Under the pieces are notes generated by a model. That model was given only the letters and a program-made list of their open reading frames with translations, made no database searches and was not told the DNA's origin. Of a DNA stretch of 37,150 nucleotides, positions 18,135 through 25,605 are shown piece by piece. How positions within the stretch are numbered: the first letter of the stretch is position 1; each line of letters starts with the position of its first letter. This DNA comes from a virus, in IMG/VR virus record IMGVR_UViG_3300026613_000128. One strand, written 5' to 3'. Made by a program: the position numbers and the translations under genes.

Positions 18135-18386
18135 TTATCCTTGGTAATGTATTATCTTTTGAGAGATTCGGTTTAAAATCTCATTTTGCTTGCTGGAGAG
18201 CTCATAATCCTCTGGCTTATCGGCTAAGCTATTAATAAATTCGGCTTCCCATTCTGATAGTGCGTGCTCGCAATCAAGGGCGTCTTTAATGAATTTTATC
18301 TGCACTCTATTCATAGTCTGGTGTGTGCTCCAGTAGTAGTTACTCGCATAATCCATAGGCGCTAGAGCATGCCTCAGGATCCTCAC
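18135..18386 (-). CDS. Small hypothetical protein (true start probably 18356 or 18314)
   Basis: The longest ORF overlaps the PAPS-reductase-like gene end by 47 nt. Internal Met codons give MDYAS.. or MNRVQIKFIKDALDCEHALSEWEAEFINSL... Confidence 0.5.
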   Translation of the reverse strand: MRILRHALAPMDYASNYYWSTHQTMNRVQIKFIKDALDCEHALSEWEAEFINSLADKPEDYELSSKQNEILNRISQKIIHYQG

Positions 18387-19275
18387 TAGCTGCTATTAAA
18401 TCCATGGTGCGACCACCACGGGTTGTTTGTGCCCATTCAACGCGGCGATCTATGCCGTGAGTTGTAAAGTGGATATCATCGCCAGGTGATACCAAGGGAT
18501 CATCTGTGGCGGTAAAAAATGTAGTTGAGCCTCTCCGGGATGCGTTACTGACAAGCCTTTCCCATTCTCTTACCCTTGCTACCTCTTCAGGAAAACGCTT
18601 AGCAATATTATTTAATTCGGCCTTATTGCAGTTTATGCAAGGCATGCAGCCGACGCGCCCCATTCCTTTTTTATAAAGTGGGTTGGGCTCTATTCCCATG
18701 TAGTGATGAGCCTCAAAAGCACTATCAGCACTCCATTTAACCAATGGTCTATAGTTATATAGGCCGCCTCCCACATCTTCAAACTCAGGGGTATATCGGC
18801 GCGCCAAGGATTCATCTCTACGGACTCCTTGCCAGCTATAAATAGCTTCACCTTGCTCAAGAATTGGGAAAAATACTTGTTCAAATATAGGATTGCGCTT
18901 TAACTCCTGAGTGCAAAAACGAGCCTTTGAAGAGGGAAAGCGACCTTTCCAAAGGCATAAATCCAAAAATGGAATTCCAGTTGGATAAAGTATTTTTAGC
19001 GCTCGCGCTATTGCTTGATCTGTCCAGCCAGGCAGTTTTCCCTGTATAAGCTTTTGCCGCTTTCTTTTAATCTCTTGAGAAAAATCAGCCTTCACTATTG
19101 CTATAGGATGATTGAGTGCGTCTTCTAAGTAGCAGATATAGTTATAAGTTTCTGGATGTTCATGCCCTGTATCAGCAAAAACTAGCTTAATATTTGGTGT
19201 TTCGAGAGCTATCGCAAGCAATGCTGTTGCTGTCGAATCTTTGCCGCCGCTAATGGATATGATGTTGTTGATCAT
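18340..19275 (-). CDS. PAPS reductase-family PP-loop ATP pyrophosphatase (DndC/CysH-like)
   Basis: MINNIISISGGKDSTATALL contains the SGGKDS PP-loop. A C-terminal Cys pair sits in GRVGCMPCINCNK. The ATG at 19275 overlaps the upstream stop (TGATG), with SD aggaga. The longer start at 19296 is less likely. Confidence 0.85.
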   Translation of the reverse strand: MINNIISISGGKDSTATALLAIALETPNIKLVFADTGHEHPETYNYICYLEDALNHPIAIVKADFSQEIKRKRQKLIQGKLPGWTDQAIARALKILYPTGIPFLDLCLWKGRFPSSKARFCTQELKRNPIFEQVFFPILEQGEAIYSWQGVRRDESLARRYTPEFEDVGGGLYNYRPLVKWSADSAFEAHHYMGIEPNPLYKKGMGRVGCMPCINCNKAELNNIAKRFPEEVARVREWERLVSNASRRGSTTFFTATDDPLVSPGDDIHFTTHGIDRRVEWAQTTRGGRTMDLIAASEDPEACSSAYGLCE

Positions 19276-19472
19276 CAAAAGCTCTCCTGAATCCATTCGG
19301 AGACAGTGGGATCCACTTCAATCAGTGCGCTAATGTTAGATTCAAGCATTCCACCATTGCGCACATCAAAAGTGACGGCCTGGTTTTCAGGATCTGTTGG
19401 ATGAGGTGCGGCAAATTCTACAAGCCGACGCTTATCGCTATCAAAAAATGTGGTGCCTTTGGATGTTTTCAT
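19275..19472 (-). CDS. Hypothetical protein
   Basis: 65-aa ORF coupled at both ends. Confidence 0.55.
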   Translation of the reverse strand: MKTSKGTTFFDSDKRRLVEFAAPHPTDPENQAVTFDVRNGGMLESNISALIEVDPTVSEWIQESF

Positions 19473-19765
19473 GATTGTGTTACCGTTTCATAAGTGGGGA
19501 TGGTCAGCTTTGCAAAGATAAAAGAAGAGTGCCACATTGCAATCTCTTCCGGTGTGTAGCAGCGCCATCCCCGGCGGGGAAGCTTTGTTGCAGTTGAAAC
19601 CACCTGAATAGGCTCAATCATATCAGCGCGGGGGATATGGCCCTGACAGATCAAATAAAAGCCTGGTTCAGTTGGTTTTTTGACTGTCCATTTTCCAATA
19701 GGATTGGATGCAGTCGCTTTATTTTGGATAAAAAACGGCGTTAATAGGTTGTCTTTATCGGACAT
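19469..19765 (-). CDS. Hypothetical protein
   Basis: ATG at 19765 with SD gaggga 6 nt upstream (MSDKDNLLTPFF..). The upstream extension to 19909 would overlap the preceding gene and is His/Arg-rich junk. Confidence 0.55.
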   Translation of the reverse strand: MSDKDNLLTPFFIQNKATASNPIGKWTVKKPTEPGFYLICQGHIPRADMIEPIQVVSTATKLPRRGWRCYTPEEIAMWHSSFIFAKLTIPTYETVTQS

Positions 19766-19865
19766 AATGTTATCCCTCGCTTTGAGATAATCGCTAATGT
19801 GAGAGTGTCCAGCATGGTTAGCGCGGCCATGTTTTCGGGAGCAACCCCTAGGACACCCATGAATC

Positions 19866-20318
19866 CTAATCTGTAAAATCAGATTGTTCAACTTTACCCA
19901 CCCCCGCAATGGTCGCTTTAACGTGTGTTGTCACGTATTGCGCCATATTGGCCTGATTAAAAATCTCTTCTACCTGGTCTTCAAAATAGGGGGTGAGATT
20001 CTTCAGGCAGCAGTGAGCGACTAACTGGGCGCCTCTGAAATAGCTTTTCCCGGTGATATCTTTGAACTCAACTTCAATCTCAACGCGCCATTTGAAAGCT
20101 ATGCGATCAATGAAGTCATTGTAATAGGGCATCATCTGCTGAGTGTGGAGTTTGTGAATTGGGTTCTTGTGCTCCACTGATCCACTACCCGGTGTTAATT
20201 CATAGTCAGGTGAAAGGGGGTCATCGGTTTCAAACTTGAATACCAGGCCAGTCATGACGCGCCTGACGGATTTCAGTAATTGGGTTTGCTTTTTGCGCTT
20301 GTTGAGCTTTCGTGCCAT
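19866..20318 (-). CDS. Hypothetical protein
   Basis: 150-aa ORF with a perfect SD aggagg 5 nt upstream of the ATG at 20318. Confidence 0.65.
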   Translation of the reverse strand: MARKLNKRKKQTQLLKSVRRVMTGLVFKFETDDPLSPDYELTPGSGSVEHKNPIHKLHTQQMMPYYNDFIDRIAFKWRVEIEVEFKDITGKSYFRGAQLVAHCCLKNLTPYFEDQVEEIFNQANMAQYVTTHVKATIAGVGKVEQSDFTD

Positions 20319-20356
20319 TATTTCCTCCTGCGGGTTATTGGTCTTTCCTGCGCTTA

Positions 20357-20417
20357 AGGTCTTGCGTCGCTACAACCTACCGGTGGCGCAAGGCCTTACT
20401 TTCTGATCATAAAGTAA
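20357..20417 (+). other. Two adjacent hairpins in a 226-nt non-coding gap; the first stem is fully paired only as + strand RNA
   Basis: 20357-20370 aggtcttgcgtcgc pairs with 20383-20396 ggtggcgcaaggcct (14 bp including 3 G-U pairs). On the - strand these G-U pairs become A-C mismatches. The second stem is ttacttt (20396-20402) / aaagtaa (20411-20417). Confidence 0.4.
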
Positions 20418-20544
20418 TCTGTTCCTGGTGGTTTTATTACTTTTTCATGGTGTCTCACTCCCTTCTCATGGTTTTATGCTATTTCTGCCCTCTCTGAGGG
20501 GTGTAGATTCAACGTTCTCAGATTCCGCACGGGTTTGTCCAGGG

Positions 20545-21318
20545 TTAATCCTGGGGCTCTGAGAGCCTTCCTGGGAGAGCCCACGACCTATCCGTTAATA
20601 ATTCCTGTATGCTCTCACGCCCTCTTTGAGGTGCTAGCTCTGGAATGTCATCCAGCCAGCGCTGATTTCTTAGCCAGCGTTCAATATGCTGGAAGTTTTC
20701 TACAAACTCGCCTGACTTCCTGAATTGAGTTTTTTGCTCAATCTGTTTTGAGAGCGCAAAAAGCATGGTTTCCATCAGGTCTTTATCTGGATCCAGTTTT
20801 TTGAACTCGGCCAAGGCTTTCTTTTTGGATCCCTTAGCGCCAAATCCTTTTTTTGGAAATGCATTCCAGAAGAATTCAAAGTTTTCAGTCAAAAAAACAT
20901 CCCTTTTTTTCTTAATCTCCTCTCCTCTTCTCTCCTCTTCTCTTCTCTTCTCTGGACAAGCATGTTGCTTGCTTCTTGCTAGCATCGTGCTAGCAGTTTG
21001 CTCCATAGGTGCTGGGATATCCCCGCAGGCCCCGTCATTACTGGGGATTAGCTCAATAAAGCCAAGCTGCAAAAGTGCCTCCAAATCTACATTTTCGGTG
21101 ACGCCGATTTTTTGTTTTATCCATCCTGAATCCATTGGCAATTTGTTCTTGTTGCGACTTGCTAGCGCCCAAATCAAAATCAGGTGCAACTTGCTAGCAT
21201 CGTGCAAGCATGAGAATTCATAATCCTCAAGAATGGAGTTATAGAGCTTGATCCAGGGGGGGGAGCGATCCTTGTAGTGCTGGTAAATCTCCCAATTTTT
21301 TACCCTAAAAAATCTCAT
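20545..21318 (-). CDS. Replisome organiser / replication initiator-like protein
   Basis: The N-terminus MRFFRVKNWEIYQHYKDRSPPWIKLYNSILEDYEFSCLHDASKLHLILIWALAS is a pattern seen in phage replication/DnaD-like organiser proteins. A charged linker EKRREEERRGEEIKKK follows. DNA-level repeats lie inside the gene. Confidence 0.5.
   Translation of the reverse strand: MRFFRVKNWEIYQHYKDRSPPWIKLYNSILEDYEFSCLHDASKLHLILIWALASRNKNKLPMDSGWIKQKIGVTENVDLEALLQLGFIELIPSNDGACGDIPAPMEQTASTMLARSKQHACPEKRREEERRGEEIKKKRDVFLTENFEFFWNAFPKKGFGAKGSKKKALAEFKKLDPDKDLMETMLFALSKQIEQKTQFRKSGEFVENFQHIERWLRNQRWLDDIPELAPQRGRESIQELLTDRSWALPGRLSEPQD
20916..20953. repeat. 38-nt uninterrupted homopyrimidine (+ strand) / homopurine tract
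   Basis: tctcctctcctcttctctcctcttctcttctcttctct read directly. It encodes the REEKRREEERRGEE linker of the replication-like gene. Confidence 0.9.
20975..21205. repeat. Iteron-like repeats inside the replication-like gene: cttgctagcatcgtgc x2, plus an extra cttgctagc and gtgctagc copy
   Basis: An identical 16-mer occurs at 20975-20990 and 21190-21205. acttgctagc occurs at 21157-21166 and 21189-21198. There are four GCTAGC palindromes within 220 bp. The two 16-mer copies are translated in different reading frames. Confidence 0.6.
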
Positions 21319-21377
21319 TGTTATCCTCTGGCTTTCGCCGCTGCCCTTTTGCTGACGCCAAATTCCCTTTTGGCCGA

Positions 21378-21587
21378 TTATTCCTGGTCAAGCCAGGCCT
21401 CAATATCCTCAAGCCGGTAGCGAACAAGTCGCCCTTTCTTGATGTGAGAGGGGGCCTTGGTGCCACCAAGCTTGCCAGATACGCGTGAATGGCTAAGTGT
21501 ATTCGGTGCAAGGCCTAATAATTCTGCGGCTTCCTTTGTTGTTAGAAAGCGTTTTTTGATAGTGGGGGTGGTGGTTTTTTCCATCAT
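21378..21587 (-). CDS. AlpA/excisionase-family (HTH_17) DNA-binding protein
   Basis: ..KRFLTTKEAAELLGLAPNTLSHSRVSG...KKGRLVRYRLEDIEAWL is a classic AlpA/Xis-type winged-HTH pattern. SD aggagg precedes ATGATG (start 21587 or 21584). It is the first gene of the leftward operon. Confidence 0.7.
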   Translation of the reverse strand: MMEKTTTPTIKKRFLTTKEAAELLGLAPNTLSHSRVSGKLGGTKAPSHIKKGRLVRYRLEDIEAWLDQE

Positions 21588-21620
21588 TTCCTCCTGTTTG
21601 TTTCGCGAAGGATAAAACAC

Positions 21621-21732
21621 TCTTTTCGAGATGGCAAATGATGGTATATAGTTTATTTATATTTGATATAATGTATTTAGTATTGTAGGCTTGTTGTTTC
21701 TAATCAATTTCAATGTGAATGGAGTGTAGGCA
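21621..21732. promoter_or_regulatory. AT-rich divergent control region between the leftward and rightward operons
   Basis: 112-nt gap. A perfect TATAAT lies at 21667-21672 (+), overlapped by TTGATA at 21663-21668. TGTAGGC is repeated at 21684-21690 and 21724-21730. Exact promoters are not resolved. Confidence 0.5.
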
Positions 21733-22572
21733 ATGGCAGCGAAAGTGGCAGAAAGAAAGACAGTTACAAAAAGTGTTGGGGAGGCCGGGGTGGAGAAAGT
21801 GGTTGAGTCTACGCCGGTGCGCAATCCGTTCTTTGATCTGGTTGAAATGGCCATTGAAAAGGATGCGGATATTACAAAAATTGAAAGGCTTGTGGAGCTC
21901 TTTAGAAGCTCAGAGCAGGCGGCAGCCCGGAAAAATTATTATCGGGCAATGGCAGCTTTTCAGGCTGAGTTGCCGGCGATAAAAAAAACCAAGGAGGCCC
22001 GATTTTCTTATAAAGAAGGGGGCGGCGAAGTCGTTTACAAATATGCCCCGCTTGGTCAAATTGCTGAACAAATTAGGCCGTATTTAGATAGGCATGGTTT
22101 TTCATATCGCTTTGAACAATCTGTAACGGAACAGGGATGGTTGAAAGTTACTTGTATTGTGACGCACCTGGATGGCCATTTAGAGCAGTGTGAAATGATT
22201 GGGATGCTGGATGCAACAGGGCGTAAAAATATTCTACAACAGGGAGCATCCACGACTACTTATTTAATGCGTTATACGCTTAGTGGAGTGTTTGGCATTG
22301 CTACCATTGATGATGATATCGATGGTTTTTTATTGAATGATGAAAAGCCGTTTGATAATCCTGCTCCTGCTGATCCATATGCAGAGTATGAACAAGTGGA
22401 GGGTGATACTAAGCCACCATATCCTGATGAAAAATTCTGCAAAAATTTTCCCAAATGGGCAGCAGCAATTAATGTTGGTGACGCGACAGCAGATAGCATT
22501 ATTGCTATGATTTCATCCCGTTTTACATTAACACCTGACCAGGTTGATTTGATCAAAAACGCTAATACTTAA
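21733..22572 (+). CDS. erf: ERF-family single-strand annealing protein
   Basis: ..MAAFQAELPAIKKTKEARFSYKEGGGEVVYKYAPLGQIAEQIRPYLDRHGFSYRF.. matches the ERF N-terminal core. It is followed by an exonuclease gene. Confidence 0.8.
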   Translation: MAAKVAERKTVTKSVGEAGVEKVVESTPVRNPFFDLVEMAIEKDADITKIERLVELFRSSEQAAARKNYYRAMAAFQAELPAIKKTKEARFSYKEGGGEVVYKYAPLGQIAEQIRPYLDRHGFSYRFEQSVTEQGWLKVTCIVTHLDGHLEQCEMIGMLDATGRKNILQQGASTTTYLMRYTLSGVFGIATIDDDIDGFLLNDEKPFDNPAPADPYAEYEQVEGDTKPPYPDEKFCKNFPKWAAAINVGDATADSIIAMISSRFTLTPDQVDLIKNANT

Positions 22573-22581
22573 GGTAGGCAT

Positions 22582-24258
22582 ATGAATATTTTGAATATAG
22601 AACCGGGTAGTGATAAATGGAAAAACATCCGTTTTGATTATCTGTGTGCTTCAGAAGCTCCGGTGATGACGGGGGATCACCCCCATATGTCGCGGGATGA
22701 TTTGTTGGCTTATAAAACCACAAAAATTGAAAAGGATGTTAGTCGCTTCACGCAATACATTTTTGACAAAGGACATAGACTTGAAGAAATGGCGCGCCCT
22801 ATTGCAGAGGATTATTTGGGTGTAGAGCTTTATCCCTCTGTTGGTGTTCGTGAGTATCATACTAACGATTACACTCTAAATTTATTGTCTAGTTTTGATG
22901 GGTTGTCACTCTGTCAGAAGCATATTTTTGAGCATAAGCAGTGGAATGAAAAAAAAGCTATTTCTATAATGGATAATTATGGATTGGAGCCGCTGCATTA
23001 TTGGCAGTTGGAGCATCAGGCCTTGGTGGCTGGTTTGAAGTCAGTTCTATTCGTTATGTCTGACGGGACTAGGGAGAATTGGCTACCCTTTAAATATGAT
23101 TCAAATCCTAATTTACGCAAGGAGCTCATTAAGGGTTGGGTTATGTTTATGAAGGATTTGGAGGGTTATCAGCCAAAAACCTATGTGGCAAAACCTGTAG
23201 CAGCTCCTGTAAAAGAATTGCCAGCAATCACTTATCAGCTTAATGGCCTGGCGCTCACATCCAACCTTGATCAGTATAGGACTGCTGCTGAGAAACTTGT
23301 GGATGATTCCAGAAAGCCAATGTCTACTGATCAGGATTTTGCCGACCGTGAATTGCTGGTCAAAAAATTCAGGGAAGCAGAGAAAACAATCTCATTAATC
23401 CAAGATCAAGTTATAGGTGAGGTTTCAGATATTGATGAGTTTCGCAAGGATCTTGGGCATATTGGCGATCTTCTCAGGCAGGCGCGCTTGAATGGTGAAA
23501 AGCTTATAAAGATGAGAAAGGAGGAAATAAAACAGGAAGTTATAAGGCGTGTTCAAACTGAATTAAATCAGTATATCGATAAGGCAAATCATGCTTTAAG
23601 AGATGATGATGTTGGTGCTGAATTTAATCTAAAAGTGCTATCAATATCTGCTGATTTTACTGGCGCTATTAAGAACAAGAGAACAATGAAGTCACTTAAC
23701 GAGTCGGCTAATGATGAGCTGGCCCGCGCAAAAATTCAGGTCGATAGTGTTTATGATCGCATGGCCTGGCATGTTTCGCTGTATAAGGATCTTGCAGAAA
23801 AAAATAAAAGTGATTTTCCTGCGGGTATTGGCTTCCTCTTTCCCGATATGCTAACAATCATTGATTATGAGGAGGACAGCTTTACAGCTGTTATTAAAAC
23901 TCGAATAAATGAATTTAAAGAGGCGCAAAAAGAAAAGGAAAGGGTGCAGCAGGAGCAGCTAGAGGCTACTGATAAGGTTGAGGAAGGAAGCTTTAACAAG
24001 AATCTTGATGTTATTTTGGATGGATGTGAGGCCCCTGATGCGGCTGTTATAGAGCCATCTTTTTCTTCTGTCTCAAAAGATTCTGAACTTTACCAGGGTA
24101 TTGTTACTGATAGCATGGCTGAAAATACAAAAAAGGTAACGGCATTTTCAGCAGAAGGTCTTTTATCTGCAATTGATGGTTGGGCGCGAGGAAATCGCAT
24201 ATCGCCAGCTTCAAAAGCCCAGCTTATCGAAATATTAAATTTCCATAACGTTCTGTAA
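22582..24258 (+). CDS. YqaJ/lambda-Exo-type recombination exonuclease with a roughly 350-aa C-terminal extension
   Basis: N-terminal motifs GSDKWKNIRFDYLCASEAPVMTG, ..SSFDGL.., FEHKQ and HYWQLEHQALVAGL.. fit the YqaJ family. Residues from about 200 to 558 are charged/coiled with no family I recognise. Confidence 0.8.
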   Translation: MNILNIEPGSDKWKNIRFDYLCASEAPVMTGDHPHMSRDDLLAYKTTKIEKDVSRFTQYIFDKGHRLEEMARPIAEDYLGVELYPSVGVREYHTNDYTLNLLSSFDGLSLCQKHIFEHKQWNEKKAISIMDNYGLEPLHYWQLEHQALVAGLKSVLFVMSDGTRENWLPFKYDSNPNLRKELIKGWVMFMKDLEGYQPKTYVAKPVAAPVKELPAITYQLNGLALTSNLDQYRTAAEKLVDDSRKPMSTDQDFADRELLVKKFREAEKTISLIQDQVIGEVSDIDEFRKDLGHIGDLLRQARLNGEKLIKMRKEEIKQEVIRRVQTELNQYIDKANHALRDDDVGAEFNLKVLSISADFTGAIKNKRTMKSLNESANDELARAKIQVDSVYDRMAWHVSLYKDLAEKNKSDFPAGIGFLFPDMLTIIDYEEDSFTAVIKTRINEFKEAQKEKERVQQEQLEATDKVEEGSFNKNLDVILDGCEAPDAAVIEPSFSSVSKDSELYQGIVTDSMAENTKKVTAFSAEGLLSAIDGWARGNRISPASKAQLIEILNFHNVL

Positions 24259-24285
24259 AAACCACCTGGTTGAGGAAAATGAAAA

Positions 24286-24975
24286 ATGAAAAGTGAGATT
24301 TTTTTGAAAATTATGACTATCCCTGCTCAGCCTGAGGAACGGGAATGGGCTGCAATTTCTGACACTATTCAGGCTCCTGGGAATATGAAAAAAGCCGAAA
24401 CCATTTCCGATTGGCATTTGGGAGTGGGGAAATATGCTGGCGAAAAGGATCATGCAGTAGAAAAGGAATATTTTAAAACTGCTTATGACGGCGCTAAATG
24501 CCAAATATCCTGTATTTCTATGGCTCAAGGAGTGCATGGAGATATTGTTTCTATGACTCAGGGTTGTGGTGGTGAAGCTCGGCTTTTAGATTGGTTTGTA
24601 GAATCTGTTAATGTTTTGCTTGATGGAGATAATCCTTATTTTATTGGTCATAATATATCTGGTTATGACTTAAAAATATTGTTTCAGCGCCTCCTTGTTA
24701 ATGGTGTTAATCCAGGGATAGTTTTTCCTTTGGATGATGATGAAAAGTATTTTGATACCATGAAGCAATGGGATCCAAAAGGCCATATTAGTCTTTGCAA
24801 TTTAGCTAATGCTTTAGGGGTTCAGTGGTCTGATATTCTTAGTGAGGGGCCTGAGTATCATTATCTGCGTTTTAAGGATGGTGATATGTCATCAGCTCAA
24901 ATTCATTGCCAAGAATGGATATCGGTTGTTCAGCGTGTTTACCTGGCATTTTTGGAGGGTGGGCGCGTATGTTAA
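24286..24975 (+). CDS. PolB-exonuclease-like (DNA_pol_B_exo2 / DEDD fold) protein, possibly catalytically degenerate
   Basis: FIGHNISGYDLKILFQRLLVNGV matches the ExoII block. The position of the ExoI DxE block reads FLKIMTIP, and the ExoIII region reads HCQEWISVVQRVYLAFL. Confidence 0.6.
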   Translation: MKSEIFLKIMTIPAQPEEREWAAISDTIQAPGNMKKAETISDWHLGVGKYAGEKDHAVEKEYFKTAYDGAKCQISCISMAQGVHGDIVSMTQGCGGEARLLDWFVESVNVLLDGDNPYFIGHNISGYDLKILFQRLLVNGVNPGIVFPLDDDEKYFDTMKQWDPKGHISLCNLANALGVQWSDILSEGPEYHYLRFKDGDMSSAQIHCQEWISVVQRVYLAFLEGGRVC

Positions 24976-25520
24976 CTACATTGACAGCTTTGTTCTCAGT
25001 ACTTACCAGTGGCGCCGGGGGCGGCTTGCTGGGGGGTGTCTTTGGTATTTTCAAGCATTCTCAAGAGCGTAAGGAGCGCGTTGAGATGGCGCGTATTAAT
25101 GCGGATCTACAGGAGGCAAAGTACAGGAATGACTTCGAGCGCCGCCAACATGATATGCGGATGCTGGAAAAGGAAGGGTCTATTGATCTAGCAAAAATGG
25201 CTGAGCAGGCTAAAGCGGATATGGAGGTAGAGTATCAGCGCTCTTTAGCAAAAGCGCAGGAGGCGCTAACAGGGCTTAGCACTAATACCGCGATGGATAA
25301 TTATCGGGCCAGTGTTCGTCCTACCCTCGCTTACTGGGGGGCTATCCTGTTTACTCTGATGCTTGCGTGGGCCTTCACTGAATTCGGTGAGACTATCGAT
25401 AAGGATACAGGCAGGCAGATCCTGCTGGGGATGTTTTCAACACTGACTTTTATCATGACAAGTGTTGTTACATTTTATTACGTATCCCGTCGAAATCCTG
25501 CGCCAATCCTCTCCCAGTAA
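24969..25520 (+). CDS. 3-TM membrane protein, candidate holin (GTA_holin_3TM-like architecture)
   Basis: ATG at 24969 with SD ggaggg. It has an N-terminal TM (LTTLTALFSVLTSGAGGGLLGGVFGIF), a roughly 90-aa charged coiled region and two C-terminal TMs (LAYWGAILFTLMLAWAF, ILLGMFSTLTFIMTSVVTFYYV). Confidence 0.45.
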   Translation: MLTTLTALFSVLTSGAGGGLLGGVFGIFKHSQERKERVEMARINADLQEAKYRNDFERRQHDMRMLEKEGSIDLAKMAEQAKADMEVEYQRSLAKAQEALTGLSTNTAMDNYRASVRPTLAYWGAILFTLMLAWAFTEFGETIDKDTGRQILLGMFSTLTFIMTSVVTFYYVSRRNPAPILSQ

Positions 25521-25605
25521 AGTTCATGTAAAATGTTGTCTTTTTGTGGGGGTGTGCTAATATTACTCCCACATCAAGCAATTAACTTTTAAAGAGGTGG
25601 GCAAA

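Noticed and set aside
19766-19909. N-terminal extension of ORF 19469-19909 (MRGWVKLNNLILQIRIHGCPRGCSRKHGRANHAGHSH..)
   Set aside because: It would overlap the upstream gene by 44 nt and is compositionally odd. An internal ATG at 19765 has a good SD (gaggga). The roughly 100-nt spacer is better treated as intergenic.
20765-21223. 152-aa + strand ORF inside the replication-like gene
   Set aside because: It is Ser/Leu/Phe-rich low-complexity sequence produced by reading the homopyrimidine tract and the antisense of a well-formed - strand gene. It has no SD and does not fit the operon direction.
21256-21263. G8 homopolymer (C8 on the coding strand) in the 5' part of the replication-like gene as a phase-variation switch
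   Set aside because: It simply encodes Ser-Pro-Pro-Trp within the conserved N-terminal motif (DRSPPWIKL). A single tract in a phage essential gene is more likely incidental, though it is a place to check for sequencing indels.
21640-21700. A dif-like XerCD site: an eye scan for the conserved XerD arm TTATGTTAAAT or its complement, including the AT-rich control region, 24225-24245 and 31955-31975
   Set aside because: The best matches share only about 7-8 of 11 positions and lack a partner XerC arm at 6-bp spacing. This does not exclude a host-specific dif variant, which needs the host sequence.
24906-24968. Upstream extension of the 3-TM protein ORF (start 24906), and the alternative 2787 start of ORF 2787-3233
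   Set aside because: Both extensions overlap the preceding gene or terminator. Internal ATGs with proper SD spacing (24969 and 2838) fit much better.
25537-25575. Hairpin tgtgggggt/actcccaca after the 3-TM gene as a terminator
   Set aside because: The stem has a mismatch and is not followed by a T-run on either strand. The convincing terminator in this region is at 25980-26025.
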